A stretch of DNA of 64,000 bases from Eledone cirrhosa (taxonomy: Eukaryota), in NCBI GenBank assembly GCA_964016885.1, contig OZ024755.1:43400001-43464000 (forward strand), read 5' to 3'. Below the pieces are notes generated by a model. The model was not told where the DNA came from. It ran no database searches and saw only the letters and a program-made list of their open reading frames with translations. The stretch's first letter is position 1. Each line of letters opens with the position of its first letter. Positions 12,901 to 28,100 of the stretch are shown here, in pieces. The position numbers were made by a program, and so were the translations under genes.

Positions 12901-15900
12901 TTAGAAAGAGTTCCCAATCTTCGTCTACTAACACTATTAGAAAGAGTTCATAATCTTTGCATACTCACACTATTAGAAAGAGTTCCTACTCTTTGCATAC
13001 TAACACTATTAGAAAGAGTTCCTAATCTTTGCATACTCACACTATTAGAAAGAGTTCCTAATCTTTGCATACTCATACTATTAGAAAGAGTTCCTAATCT
13101 TTGCAAACTCACACTATTAGAAAGAGTTCCTAATCTAATCTTTGCCTACACACACTATTAGAAAGAGTTCCTAATTTTTGGATACTCACACTATGAGAAA
13201 GAGTTCCTAATCTTTGCATACTCACACTATTACAAAGAGTTCCCAATCTTTGCCTACTCACACTATGAGAAAGAGTTCCTAATCTTTGCATACTAACACT
13301 ATTAGAAAGAGTCCCTAATCTTTGCCTACTCACACTTTTAGAAAGAGTTCCTAATCTTTGCATACTCACACTATTACAAAGAGTTCCCAATCTTTGCCTA
13401 CTCACACTTTTAGAAAGAGTTCCTTATCTTTTCCTACTAACATTATTAGAAAGAGTTCCTAATCTTTGCCTACTAACACTATTAGAAAGAGTTCATAATC
13501 TTTGCATACTCACACTATTAGAAATAGTTCCTAATCCTTGCATACTCACACTATTAAAAAGAGTTCCCAATCTTTCCCTACTAGCACTATTAGAAAGATT
13601 TCCTAATCTTTGCATACTCACACTATTAGAAAGAGTTCCTAATCTTTGCATACTCACACTATCAGAAAGAGTTCCTAATCTTTGCATACTCACACTATTA
13701 GAAAGAGTTCTTAATCTTTGCATACTAACACTATTAGAAAGAGTTCCTAATCTTTTCCTACTAACACTATTAGAAAGAGTTCCTAATCTTTGTATACTCA
13801 CACTATTAGAAAGATTTCCTAATCTTTGCATACTAACACTAATAGAAAGATTTCCTAATCTTTGCATACTCACACTATTAGAAGAAGTTACTAAACTTTG
13901 CATACTCACACTATTAGAAAGAGTTCCTAATCTTTGCATACTCACACTATTAGAAAGAGTTCCTAATCTTTGCATACTCACACTATTACAAAGAGATCCA
14001 AATCTTTGCCTACTCACACTATTAGAAAGAGTTCCTAATCTTTGCATACTCACACTATTAGAATGAGTTCCTAATCTTTGCATACTCACACTATTAGAAA
14101 GAGTTACCAATCTTTGCATACTCACACTATTAGAAAGAGTTCCTAATCTTTGCAATCTCACACTATTAGAAAGAGTTCCTAATCTAATCTTTGCCTACAC
14201 ACACTATTAGAAAGAGTTCCTAATTTTTGCATACTCACACTATGAGAAAGAGTTCCTAATCTTTGCATACTCACACTATGAGAAATAATTCATAATCTTT
14301 GCATACTCACACTATTAGAAAGAGTTCCTAATCTAATCTTTGCCTACACACACTATTAGAAAGAGTTCCTAATTTTTGCATACTCACACTATGAGAAAGA
14401 GTTCCTAATCTTTGCATACTCACACTATGAGAAATAATTCATAATCTTTGCAAACTCACACTATTAGAAAGAGTTTATAATCTTTTCATACTCACACTAT
14501 TAGAAAGAGTTCCTAATCTTTGCATACTCGCACTACTAGAAATATATCATAATCTTTGCATACTAACACTATTAGAAAGAGTTCCCAATCTTTGCATACT
14601 CACACTATTAGAAAGAGTTCCTAATCTTTGCATACTCACACTATTAGAAAGAGTTCCCAATCTTTGCATACTCACACTATTAGAAAGAGTTCCTAATCTT
14701 TGCAAACTCACACTATTAGAAAGAGTTCCTAATCTAATCTTTGCCTACACACACTATTAGAAAGAGTTCCTAATTTTTGCATACTCAAACTATGAGAAAG
14801 AGTTCCTAATCTTTGCATACTCACACTGCTAGAAATATTTCATAATCTTTGCATACTCACACTATTAGAAAGAGTTCCTAATCTTTGCCTACTAACACTA
14901 TTAGAAAGAGTTCCTAATCTTTGCCTAGTAACACTATTAGAAAGAGTCCCTAATCTTTGCATACTCACACTATTAGAAAGAGTTCCTAATCTTTGCATAC
15001 TCACACTATTACAAAGAGATCCCAATCTTTGCCTACTCACACTATTAGAAAGAGTTCCTAATCTTTGCATACTCACACTATTAGAAAGAGTTCCTAATCT
15101 TTGCATACTCACACTATTAGAAAGAGTTCCCAATCTTTGCATACTCACACTATTAGAAAGAGTTCCTAATCTTTGCAAACTCACACTATTAGAAAGAGTT
15201 CCTAATCTAATCTTTGCCTACACACACTATTAGAAAGAGTTCCTAATTTTTGCATACTCACACTATGAGAAAGAGTTCCTAATCTTTGCATACTCACACT
15301 ATGAGAAATATTTCATAACCTTTGCATACTCACACTATTAGAAAGAGTTCCTAATCTTTGCCTACTAACACTATTAGAAAGAGTTCCTAATCTTTGCCTA
15401 CTAACACTATTAGAAAGAGTTCCTAATCTTTGCATACTCACACTATTAGAAAGAGTTCCTAATCTTTGCAAACTCACACTATTAGAAAGAGTTCCTAATC
15501 TAATCTTTGCCTACACACACTATTAGAAAGAGTTCCTAATTTTTGCATACTCACACTATGAGAAAGAGTTCCTAATCTTTGCATACTCACACTATGAGAA
15601 ATATTTCATAATCTTTGCATACTCACACTATTAGAAAGAGTTCCTAATCTTTACCTACTAACACTATTAGAAAGAGTTCCTAATCTTTGCATACTAACAC
15701 TATTAGAAAGAGTTCCTAATCTTTGCATACTCACACTATTAGAAAGAGTTCCTAATCTTTGCATACTCACACTATTACAAAGAGATCCCAATCTTTGCCT
15801 ACTCACACTATTAGAAAGAGTTCCTAATCTTTGCATACTCACACTATTAGAAAGAGTTCCTAATCTTTGCATACTCACACTATTAGAAAGAGTTCCCAAT

Positions 15901-17499
15901 CTTTGCATACTCACACTATTAGAAAGAGTTCCTAATCTTTGCATACTCACACTATTACAACGAGATCCCAATCTTTGCCTACTCACACTATTAGAAAGAG
16001 TTCCTCATCTTTGCATACTCACACTATTAGAAAGAGTTCCTAATCTTTGCCTACTAACACCATTAGAAAGAGTTCCTAATCTTTGCATACTCACACAATT
16101 GGAAAGAGTTCCTAATCTTTGCATACTCACACTATTAGAAAGAGTTCTTAATATTTGCATACTCACACTATTAGAAAGAGTCCGTAATCTTTGCATACTC
16201 ACACTATTAGAAAGAATTCCTAATAATTGCATACTCACACTATTAGAAAGAGTTCCTAATCTTTGCATACTCACACTATTAGAAAGATTTCCCAATCTTT
16301 GCCTACTCACACTATTAGAAAGAGTTCCTAATCTTTGCATACTCACACTATTAGAAAGAGTTCCTAATATTTGCATACTCACACTATTAGAAAGAGTTCC
16401 TAATCTTTTCCTACTAACACTTTTGGAAAGAGTTCCTTATCTTTTCCTACTAACACTATTAGAAAGACTTCCCAATCTTCGCCTACTAACACTATTAGAA
16501 AGAGTTCATAATCTTTGCTTACTCACACTATTAGAAAGAGTTCCTACTCTTTGCATACTAACACTATTAGAAAGAGTTCCTAATATTTGCATACTCACAC
16601 TGCTAGAAATATTTCATAATCTTTGCATACTCACACTATTAGAAAGAGTTCCTAATCTTTGCCTACTAACACTATTAGAAAGAGTTCCTAATCTTTGCCT
16701 ACTAACACTATTAGAAAGAGTCCCTAATCTTTGCATACTCACACTATTAGAAAGAGTTCCTAATCTTTGCATACTCACACTATTACAAAGAGATCCCAAT
16801 CTTTGCCTACTCACACTATTAGAAAGAGTTCCTAATCTTTGCATACTCACACTATTAGAAAGAGTTCCTAATCTTTGCATACTCACACTATTAGAAAGAG
16901 TTCCCAATCTTTGCATACTCACACTATTAGAAAGAGTTCCTAATCTTTGCAAACTCACACTATTAGAAAGAGTTCCTAATCTAATCTTTGCCTACACACA
17001 CTATTAGAAAGAGTTCCTAATTTTTGCATACTCACACTATGAGAAAGAGTTCCTAATCTTTGCATACTAACACTATGAGAAATATTTCATAATCTTTGCA
17101 TACTCACACTATTAGAAAGAGTTCCTAATCTTTGCCTACTAACACTATTAGAAAGAGTTCCTAATCTTTGCCTACTAACACTATTAGAAAGAGTTCCTAA
17201 TCTTTGCATACTCACACTATTAGAAAGAGTTCCTAATCTTTGCAAACTCACACTATTAGAAAGAGTTCCTAATCTAATCTTTGCCTACACACACTATTAG
17301 AAAGAGTTCCTAATTTTTGCATACTCACACTATGAGAAAGAGTACCTAATCTTTGCATACTCACACTATGAGAAATATTTCATAATCCTTGCATACTCAC
17401 ACTATTAGAAAGATTTCCTAATCTTTGCCTACTAACACTATTAGAAAGAGTTCCTAATCTTTGCCTACTAACACTATTAGAAAGAGTTCCTAATCTTTG

Positions 17500-20400
17500 C
17501 ATACTCACACTATTAGAAAGAGTTCCTAATCTTTGCATACTCACACTATTACAACGAGATCCCAATCTTTGCCTACTCACACTATTAGAAAGAGTTCCTC
17601 ATCTTTGCATACTCACACTATTAGAAAGAGTTCCTAATCTTTGCCTACTAACACCATTAGAAAGAGTTCCTAATCTTTGCATACTCACACAATTGGAAAG
17701 AGTTCCTAATCTTTGCATACTCACACTATTAGAAAGAGTTCTTAATATTTGCATACTCACACTATTAGAAAGAGTCCGTAATCTTTGCATACTCACACTA
17801 TTAGAAAGAATTCCTAATAATTGCATACTCACACTATTAGAAAGAGTTCCTAATCTTTGCATACTCACACTATTAGAAAGATTTCCCAATCTTTGCCTAC
17901 TCACACTATTAGAAAGAGTTCCTAATCTTTGCATACTCACACTATTAGAAAGAGTTCCTAATATTTGCATACTCACACTATTAGAAAGCGTTCCTAATCT
18001 TTTCCTACTAACACTTTTAGAAAGAGTTCCTTATCTTTTCCTACTAACACTATTAGAAAGACTTCCCAATCTTCGCCTACTAACACTATTAAAAAGAGTT
18101 CATAATCTTTGCTTACTCACACTATTAGAAAGAGTTCCTACTCTTTGCATACTAACACTATTAGAAAGAGTTCCTAATATTTGCATACTCACACTGCTAG
18201 AAATATTTCATAATCTTTGCATACTCACACTATTAGAAAGAGTTCCTAATCTTTGCCTACTAACACTATTAGAAAGAGTTCCTAATCTTTGCATACTCAC
18301 ACTATTAGAAAGAGTTCCTAATCTTTGCATACTCACACTATTACAAAGAGATCCAAATCTTTGCCTACTCACACTATTAGAAAGAGTTCCTAATCTTTGC
18401 ATACTCACACTATTAGAATGAGTTCCTAATCTTTGCATACTCACACTATTAGAAAGAGTTACCAATCTTTGCATACTCACACTATTAGAAAGAGTTCCTA
18501 ATCTTTGCAATCTCACACTATTAGAAAGAGTTCCTAATCTAATCTTTGCCTACACACACTATTAGAAAGAGTTCCTAATTTTTGCATACTCACACTATGA
18601 GAAAGAGTTCCTAATCTTTGCATACTCACACTATGAGAAATAATTCATAATCTTTGCATACTCACACTATTAGAAAGAGTTCCTAATCTTTGCCTACTAA
18701 CACTATTAGAAAGAGTTCCTAATCTTTGCCTACTAACACTATTAGAAAGAGTTCCTAATCTTTGCATACTCACACTATTAGAAAGAGTTGCTCATCTTTG
18801 CATACTCACACTATTAGAAAGAGTTCCTAATCTTTGCCTACTAACACTATTAGAAAGAGTTCCTAATCTTTGCATACTCACACAATTGGAAAGAGTTCCT
18901 AATCTTTGCATACTCACACTATTAGAAAGATTTCTTAATATTTGCATACTCACACTATTAGAAAGACCGTAATCTTTGCATACTCACACTATTAGAAAGA
19001 ATTCCTAATAATTGCATACTCACACTATTAGAAAGAGTTCCTAATCTTTGCATACTCACACTATTAGAAAGATTTCCCAATCTTTGCCTACTCACACTAT
19101 TAGAAAGAGTTCCTAATCTTTGCATACTCACACTATTAGAAAGAGTTCCTAATATTTGCATACTCACACTATTAGAAAGAGTTCCTAATCTTTTCCTACT
19201 AACACTTTTAGAAAGAGTTCCTTATCTTTTCCTACTAACACTATTAGAAAGAGTTCCCAATCTTCGCCTACTAACACTATTAGAAAGAGTTCATAATCTT
19301 TGCTTACTCACACTATTAGAAAGAGTTCCTACTCTTTGCATACTAACACTATTAGAAAGAGTTCCTAATATTTGCATACTCACACTATTAGAAAGAGTTC
19401 CCAATCTTTGCATACTCACACTATTAGAAAGAGTTCCTAATCTTTGCAAACTCACACTATTAGAAAGAGTTCCTAATCTAATCTTTGCCTACACACACTA
19501 TTAGAAAGAGTTCCTAATTTTTGGATACTCACACTATGAGAAAGAGTTCCTAATCTTTGCATACTCACACTATTATAAAGAGTTCCCAATCTTTGCCTAC
19601 TCACACTATTAGAAAGAGTTCCTAATCTTTGCCTACTAACACTATTAGAAAGAGTCCCTAATCTTTTCATACTCACACTATTAGAAAGAGTTCCTAATCT
19701 TTCCATACTCACACTATTACAAAGAGTTCCCAATCTTTGCCTACTCACACTTTTAGAAAGAGTTCCTTATCTTTTCCTACTAACACTATTAGAAAGAGTT
19801 CCTAATCTTTGCCTACTAACACTATTAGAAAGAGTTCCTAATCTTTGCCTACTAACACTATTAGAAAGAGTTCCTAATCTTTGCATACTCACACTATTAG
19901 AAAGAGTTCCTAATCTTTGCATACTCACACTATTACAAAGAGATCCCAATCTTTTCCTACTCACACTATTAGAAAGAGTTCCTCATCTTTGCATACTCAC
20001 ACTATTAGAAAGAGTTCCTAATCTTTGCCTACTAACAATATTAGAAAGAGTTCCTAATCTTTGCATACTCACACAATTGGAGAGAGTTCCTAATCTTTGC
20101 ATACTCACACTATTAGAAAGAGTTCTTAATATTTGCATACTCACACTATTAGAAAGAGTCCGTAATCTTTGCATACTCACACTATTAGAAAGAGTCCGTA
20201 ATCTTTGCATACTCACACTATTAGAAAGAGTTCCTAATATTTGCATACTCACGCTATTAGAAAGAGTTCCTAATCTTTGCCTACTAACACTATTAGAAAG
20301 AGTTCCTAATCTTTGCATACTCACACTATTAGAAAGAGTTCCTAATCTTTGCATACTCACACTATTACAACGAGATCCCAATCTTTGCCTACTCACACTA

Positions 20401-23400
20401 TTAGAAAGAGTTCCTAATCTTTGCATACTCACACTATTAGAAAGAGTTCCTAATCTTTGCCTAGTAACACCATTAGAAAGAGTTCCTAATCTTTGCATAC
20501 TCACACAATTGGAAAGAGTTCCTAATCTTTGCATACTCACACTATTAGAAAGAGTTCTTAATATTTGCATACTCACACTATTAGAAAGAGTCCGTAATCT
20601 TTGCATACTCACACTATTAGAAAGAATTCCTAATAATTGCATACTCACACTATTAGAAAGAGTTCCTAATCTTTGCATACTCACACTATTAGAAAGATTT
20701 CCCAATCTTTGCCTACTCACACTATTAGAAAGAGTTCCTAATCTTTGCATACTCACACTATTAGAAAGAGTTCCTAATATTTGCATACTCACACTATTAG
20801 AAAGAGTTCCTAATCTTTTCCTACTAACACTTTTAGAAAGAGTTCCTTATCTTTTCCTACTAACACTATTAGTAAGACTTCCCAATCTTCGCCTACTAAC
20901 ACTATTAGAAAGAGTTCATAATCTTTGCTTACTCACACTATTAGAAAGAGTTCCTACTCTTTGCATACTAACACTATTAGAAAGAGTTCCTAATATTTGC
21001 ATACTCACACTGCTAGAAATATTTCATAATCTTTGCATACTCACACTATTAGAAAGAGTTCCTAATCTTTGCCTACTAACACTACTAGAAAGAGTTCCTA
21101 ATCTTTGCCTACTAACACTATTAGAAAGAGTCCCTAATCTTTGCATACTCACACTATTAGAAAGAGTTCCTAATCTTTGCATACTCACACTATTACAAAG
21201 AGATCCCAATCTTTGCCTACTCACACTATTAGAAAGAGTTCCTAATCTTTGCATACTCACACTATTAGAAAGAGTTCCTAATCTTTGCATACTCACACTA
21301 TTAGAAAGAGTTCCCAATCTTTGCATACTCACACTATTAGAAAGAGTTCCTAATCTTTGCAAACTCACACTATTAGAAAGAGTTCCTAATCTTTGCCTAC
21401 TAACACTATTAGAAAGAGTTCCTAATCTTTGCATACTCACACTATTAGAAAGAGTTCCTAATCTTTGCATACTCACACTATTACAACGAGATCCCAATCT
21501 TTGCCTACTCACACTATTAGAAAGAGTTCCTCATCTTTGCATACTCACACTATTAGAAAGAGTTCCTAATCTTTGCCTACTAACACCATTAGAAAGAGTT
21601 CCTAATCTTTGCATACTCACACAATTGGAAAGAGTTCCTAATCTTTGCATACTCACACTATTAGAAAGAGTTCTTAATATTTGCATACTCACACTATTAG
21701 AAAGAGTCCGTAATCTTTGCATACTCACACTATTAGAAAGAATTCCTAATAATTGCATACTCACACTATTAGAAAGAGTTCCTAATCTTTGCATACTCAC
21801 ACTATTAGAAAGATTTCCCAATCTTTGCCTACTCACACTATTAGAAAGAGTTCCTAATCTTTGCATACTCACACTATTAGAAAGAGTTCCTAATATTTGC
21901 ATACTCACACTATTAGAAAGCGTTCCTAATCTTTTCCTACTAACACTTTTAGAAAGAGTTCCTTATCTTTTCCTACTAACACTATTAGAAAGACTTCCCA
22001 ATCTTCGCCTACTAACACTATTAAAAAGAGTTCATAATCTTTGCTTACTCACACTATTAGAAAGAGTTCCTACTCTTTGCATACTAACACTATTAGAAAG
22101 AGTTCCTAATATTTGCATACTCACACTGCTAGAAATATTTCATAATCTTTGCATACTCACACTATTAGAAAGAGTTCCTAATCTTTGCCTACTAACACTA
22201 TTAGAAAGAGTTCCTAATCTTTGCCTACTAACACTATTAGAAAGAGTTCCTAATCTTTGCATACTCACACTATTAGAAAGAGTTCCTAATCTTTGCATAC
22301 TCACACTATTACAAAGAGATCCAAATCTTTGCCTACTCACACTATTAGAAAGAGTTCCTAATCTTTGCATACTCACACTATTAGAATGAGTTCCTAATCT
22401 TTGCATACTCACACTATTAGAAAGAGTTACCAATCTTTGCATACTCACACTATTAGAAAGAGTTCCTAATCTTTGCAATCTCACACTATTAGAAAGAGTT
22501 CCTAATCTAATCTTTGCCTACACACACTATTAGAAAGAGTTCCTAATTTTTGCATACTCACACTATGAGAAAGAGTTCCTAATCTTTGCATACTCACACT
22601 ATGAGAAATAATTCATAATCTTTGCATACTCACACTATTAGAAAGAGTTCCTAATCTTTGCCTACTAACACTATTAGAAAGAGTTCCTAATCTTTGCCTA
22701 CTAACACTATTAGAAAGAGTTCCTAATCTTTGCATACTCACACTATTAGAAAGAGTTGCTCATCTTTGCATACTCACACTATTAGAAAGAGTTCCTAATC
22801 TTTGCCTACTAACACTATTAGAAAGAGTTCCTAATCTTTGCATACTCACACAATTGGAAAGAGTTCCTAATCTTTGCATACTCACACTATTAGAAAGATT
22901 TCTTAATATTTGCATACTCACACTATTAGAAAGACCGTAATCTTTGCATACTCACACTATTAGAAAGAATTCCTAATAATTGCATACTCACACTATTAGA
23001 AAGAGTTCCTAATCTTTGCATACTCACACTATTAGAAAGATTTCCCAATCTTTGCCTACTCACACTATTAGAAAGAGTTCCTAATCTTTGCATACTCACA
23101 CTATTAGAAAGAGTTCCTAATATTTGCATACTCACACTATTAGAAAGAGTTCCTAATCTTTTCCTACTAACACTTTTAGAAAGAGTTCCTTATCTTTTCC
23201 TACTAACACTATTAGAAAGAGTTCCCAATCTTCGCCTACTAACACTATTAGAAAGAGTTCATAATCTTTGCTTACTCACACTATTAGAAAGAGTTCCTAC
23301 TCTTTGCATACTAACACTATTAGAAAGAGTTCCTAATATTTGCATACTCACACTATTAGAAAGAGTTCCCAATCTTTGCATACTCACACTATTAGAAAGA

Positions 23401-25130
23401 GTTCCTAATCTTTGCAAACTCACACTATTAGAAAGAGTTCCTAATCTAATCTTTGCCTACACACACTATTAGAAAGAGTTCCTAATTTTTGGATACTCAC
23501 ACTATGAGAAAGAGTTCCTAATCTTTGCATACTCACACTATTATAAAGAGTTCCCAATCTTTGCCTACTCACACTATTAGAAAGAGTTCCTAATCTTTGC
23601 CTACTAACACTATTAGAAAGAGTTCCTAATCTTTGCATACTCACACTATTAGAAAGAGTTCCTAATCTTTGCCTACTCACACTATTACAAAGAGATCCCA
23701 ATCTTTTCCTACTCACACTATTAGAAAGAGTTCCTCATCTTTGCATACTCACACTATTAGAAAGAGTTCCTAATCTTTGCCTACTAACAATATTAGAAAG
23801 AGTTCCTAATCTTTGCATACTCACACAATTGGAGAGAGTTCCTAATCTTTGCATACTCACACTATTAGAAAGAGTTCTTAATATTTGCATACTCACACTA
23901 TTAGAAAGAGTCCGTAATCTTTGCATACTCACACTATTAGAAAGAGTCCGTAATCTTTGCATACTCACACTATTAGAAAGAGTTCCTAATATTTGCATAC
24001 TCACGCTATTAGAAAGAGTTCCTAATCTTTGCCTACTAACACTATTAGAAAGAGTTCCTAATCTTTGCATACTCACACTATTAGAAAGAGTTCCTAATCT
24101 TTGCATACTCACACTATTACAACGAGATCCCAATCTTTGCCTACTCACACTATTAGAAAGAGTTCCTAATCTTTGCATACTCACACTATTAGAAAGAGTT
24201 CCTAATCTTTGCCTAGTAACACCATTAGAAAGAGTTCCTAATCTTTGCATACTCACACAATTGGAAAGAGTTCCTAATCTTTGCATACTCACACTATTAG
24301 AAAGAGTTCTTAATATTTGCATACTCACACTATTAGAAAGAGTCCGTAATCTTTGCATACTCACACTATTAGATAGAATTCCTAATAATTGCATACTCAC
24401 ACTATTAGAAAGAGTTCCTAATCTTTGCATACTCACACTATTAGAAAGATTTCCCAATCTTTGCCTACTCACACTATTAGAAAGAGTTCCTAATCTTTGC
24501 ATACTCACACTATTAGAAAGAGTTCCTAATATTTGCATACTCACACTATTAGAAAGAGTTCCTAATCTTTTCCTACTAACACTTTTAGAAAGAGTTCCTT
24601 ATCTTTTCCTACTAACACTATTAGAAAGACTTCCCAATCTTCGCCTACTAACACTATTAGAAAGAGTTCATAATCTTTGCTTACTCACACTATTAGAAAG
24701 AGTTCCTACTCTTTGCATACTAACACTATTAGAAAGAGTTCCTAATATTTGCATACTCACACTGCTAGAAATATTTCATAATCTTTGCATACTCACACTA
24801 TTAGAAAGAGTTCCTAATCTTTGCCTACTAACACTACTAGAAAGAGTTCCTAATCTTTGCCTACTAACACTATTAGAAAGAGTCCCTAATCTTTGCATAC
24901 TCACACTATTAGAAAGAGTTCCTAATCTTTGCATACTCACACTATTACAAAGAGATCCCAATCTTTGCCTACTCACACTATTAGAAAGAGTTCCTAATCT
25001 TTGCATACTCACACTATTAGAAAGAGTTCCTAATCTTTGCATACTCACACTATTAGAAAGAGTTCCCAATCTTTGCATACTCACACTATTAGAAAGAGTT
25101 CCTAATCTTTGCAAACTCACACTATTAGAA
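17500..25130 (+). repeat. Tandem ~3.75-3.97 kb super-HOR x2
   Basis: The private SNP GAAAGCGTTCC is at 17984 and 21916 (offset 3932). ORF offsets are 18958->22926 = 3968 and 19983->23735 = 3752. These offsets differ by whole monomers (36, 216). Confidence 0.85.
18961..18973 (+). other. First example of the 34-bp monomer (GAAAGACCGTAAT, a 2-bp deletion in the GAAAGAGTCCGTAAT variant); about 16 copies by hand count
   Basis: Seen at ~18961, 22929, 33278 and 43628, then about 12 times between 48186 and 62680. Confidence 0.92.
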
Positions 25131-28100
25131 AGAGTTCCTAATCTAATCTTTGCCTACACACACTATTAGAAAGAGTTCCTAATTTTTGCATACTCACACT
25201 ATGAGAAAGAGTTCCTAATCTTTGCATACTAACACTATGAGAAATATTTCATAATCTTTGCATACTCACACTATTAGAAAGAGTTCCTAATCTTTGCCTA
25301 CTAACACTATTAGAAAGAGTTCCTAATCTTTGCCTACTAACACTATTAGAAAGAGTTCCTAATCTTTGCATACTCACACTATTAGAAAGAGTTCCTAATC
25401 TTTGCAAACTCACACTATTAGAAAGAGTTCCTAATCTAATCTTTGCCTACACACACTATTAGAAAGAGTTCCTAATTTTTGCATACTCACACTATGAGAA
25501 AGAGTACCTAATCTTTGCATACTCACACTATGAGAAATATTTCATAATCTTTGCATACTCACACTATTAGAAAGAGTTCCTAATCTTTGCCTACTAACAC
25601 TATTAGAAAGAGTTCCTAATCTTTGCCTACTAACACTATTAGAAAGAGTTCCTAATATTTGCATACTCACACTATTAGAAAGAGTTCCTAATCTTTGCAT
25701 ACTCACACTATTACAACGAGATCCCAATCTTTGCCTACTCACACTATTAGAAAGAGTTCCTCATCTTTGCATACTCACACTATTAGAAAGAGTTCCTAAT
25801 CTTTGCCTACTAACACCATTAGAAAGAGTTCCTCATCTTTGCATACTCACACAATTGGAAAGAGTTCCTAATCTTTGCATACTCACACTATTAGAAAGAG
25901 TTCTTAATATTTGCATACTCACACTATCAGAAAGAGTCCGTAATCTTTGCATACTCACACTATTAGAAAGAATTCCTAATAATTGCATACTCACACTATT
26001 AGAAAGAGTTCCTAATCTTTGCATACTCACACTATTAGAAAGATTTCCCAATCTTTGCCAACTCACACTATTAGAAAGAGTTCCTAATCTTTGCATACTC
26101 ACACTATTAGAAAGAGTTCCTAATATTTGCATACTCACACTATTAGAAAGAGTTCCTAATCTTTTCCTACTAACACTTTTAGAAAGAGTTCCTTATCTTT
26201 TCCTACTAACACTATTAGAAAGACTTCCCAATCTTCGCCTACTAACACTATTAAAAAGAGTTCATAATCTTTGCTTACTCACACTATTAGAAAGAGTTCC
26301 TACTCTTTGCATACTAACACTATTAGAAAGAGTTCCTAATATTTGCATACTCACACTGCTAGAAATATTTCATAATCTTTGCATACTCACACTATTAGAA
26401 AGAGTTCCTAATCTTTGCCTACTAACACTATTAGAAAGAGTTCCTAATCTTTGCCTACTAACACTATTAGAAAGAGTTCCTAATCTTTGCATACTCACAC
26501 TATTAGAAAGAGTTCCTAATCTTTGCATACTCACACTATTACAAAGAGATCCCAATCTTTGCCTACTCACACTATTAGAAAGAGTTCCTAATCTTTGCAA
26601 ACTCACACTATTAGAAAGAGTTCCTAATCTAATCTTTGCCTACACACACTATTAGAAAGAGTTCCTAATTTTTGCATACTCACACTATGAGAAAGAGTTC
26701 CTAATCTTTGCATACTCACACTATTAGAAAGAGTTCCTAATCTTTGCATACTCACACTATTACAACGAGATCCCAATCTTTGCCTACTCACACTATTAGA
26801 AAGAGTTCCTCATCTTTGCATACTCACACTATTAGAAAGAGTTCATAATCTTTGCCTACTAACACCATTAGAAAGAGTTCCTAATCTTTGCATACTCACA
26901 CAATTGGAAAGAGTTCCTAATCTTTGCATACTCACACTATTAGAAAGAGTTCTTAATATTTGCATACCCACACTATTAGAAAGAGTCCGTAATCTTTGCA
27001 TACTCACACTATTAGAAAGAATTCCTAATAATTGCATACTCACACTATTAGAAAGAGTTCCTAATCTTTGCATACTCACACTATTAGAAAGATTTCCCAA
27101 TCTTTGCCTGCTCACACTATTAGAAAGAGTTCCTAATCTTTGCATACTCACACTATTAGAAAGAGTTCCTAATATTTGCATACTCACACTATTAGAAAGA
27201 GTTCCTAATCTTTTCCTACTAACACTTTTAGAAAGAGTTCCTTATCTTTTCCTACTAACACTATTAGAAAGACTTCCCAATCTTCGCCTACTAACACTAT
27301 TAGAAAGAGTTCATAATCTTTGCTTACTCACACTATTAGAAAGAGTTCCTACTCTTTGCATACTAACACTATTAGAAAGAGTTCCTAATATTTGCATACT
27401 CACACTGCTAGAAATATTTCATAATCTTTGCATACTCACACTATTAGAAAGAGTTCCTAATCTTTGCCTACTAACACTACTAGAAAGAGTTCCTAATCTT
27501 TGCCTACTAACACTATTAGAAAGAGTCCCTAATCTTTGCATACTCACACTATTAGAAAGAGTTCCTAATCTTTGCATACTCACACTATTACAAAGAGATC
27601 CCAATCTTTGCCTACTCACACTATTAGAAAGAGTTCCTAATCTTTGCATACTCACACTATTAGAAAGAGTTCCTAATCTTTGCATACTCACACTATTAGA
27701 AAGAGTTCCCAATCTTTGCATACTCACACTATTAGAAAGAGTTCCTAATCTTTGCAAACTCACACTATTAGAAAGAGTTCCTAATCTAATCTTTGCCTAC
27801 ACACACTATTAGAAAGAGTTCCTAATTTTTGCATACTCACACTATGAGAAAGAGTTCCTAATCTTTGCATACTAACACTATGAGAAATATTTCATAATCT
27901 TTGCATACTCACACTATTAGAAAGAGTTCCTAATCTTTGCCTACTAACACTATTAGAAAGAGTTCCTAATCTTTGCCTACTAACACTATTAGAAAGAGTT
28001 CCTAATCTTTGCAAACTCACACTATTAGAAAGAGTTCCTAATCTTTGCAAACTCACACTATTAGAAAGAGTTCCTAATCTAATCTTTGCCTACACACACT

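Larger units (their letters stand above)
1..13950 (+). repeat. Left satellite domain: more heterogeneous monomers with a private variant set and irregular HORs
   Basis: Variants seen here and not noticed further right: GAAGAAGTTACT (~1985, 2999, 3791, 9660, 10672, 11608, 13881), TTCTTATTCT (~2898-12590), CTTATCCTGCTAAC (186, 3986, 7428), GTCTACTATCAC and CTCGCAGTATT. The boundary is approximate. Confidence 0.8.
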
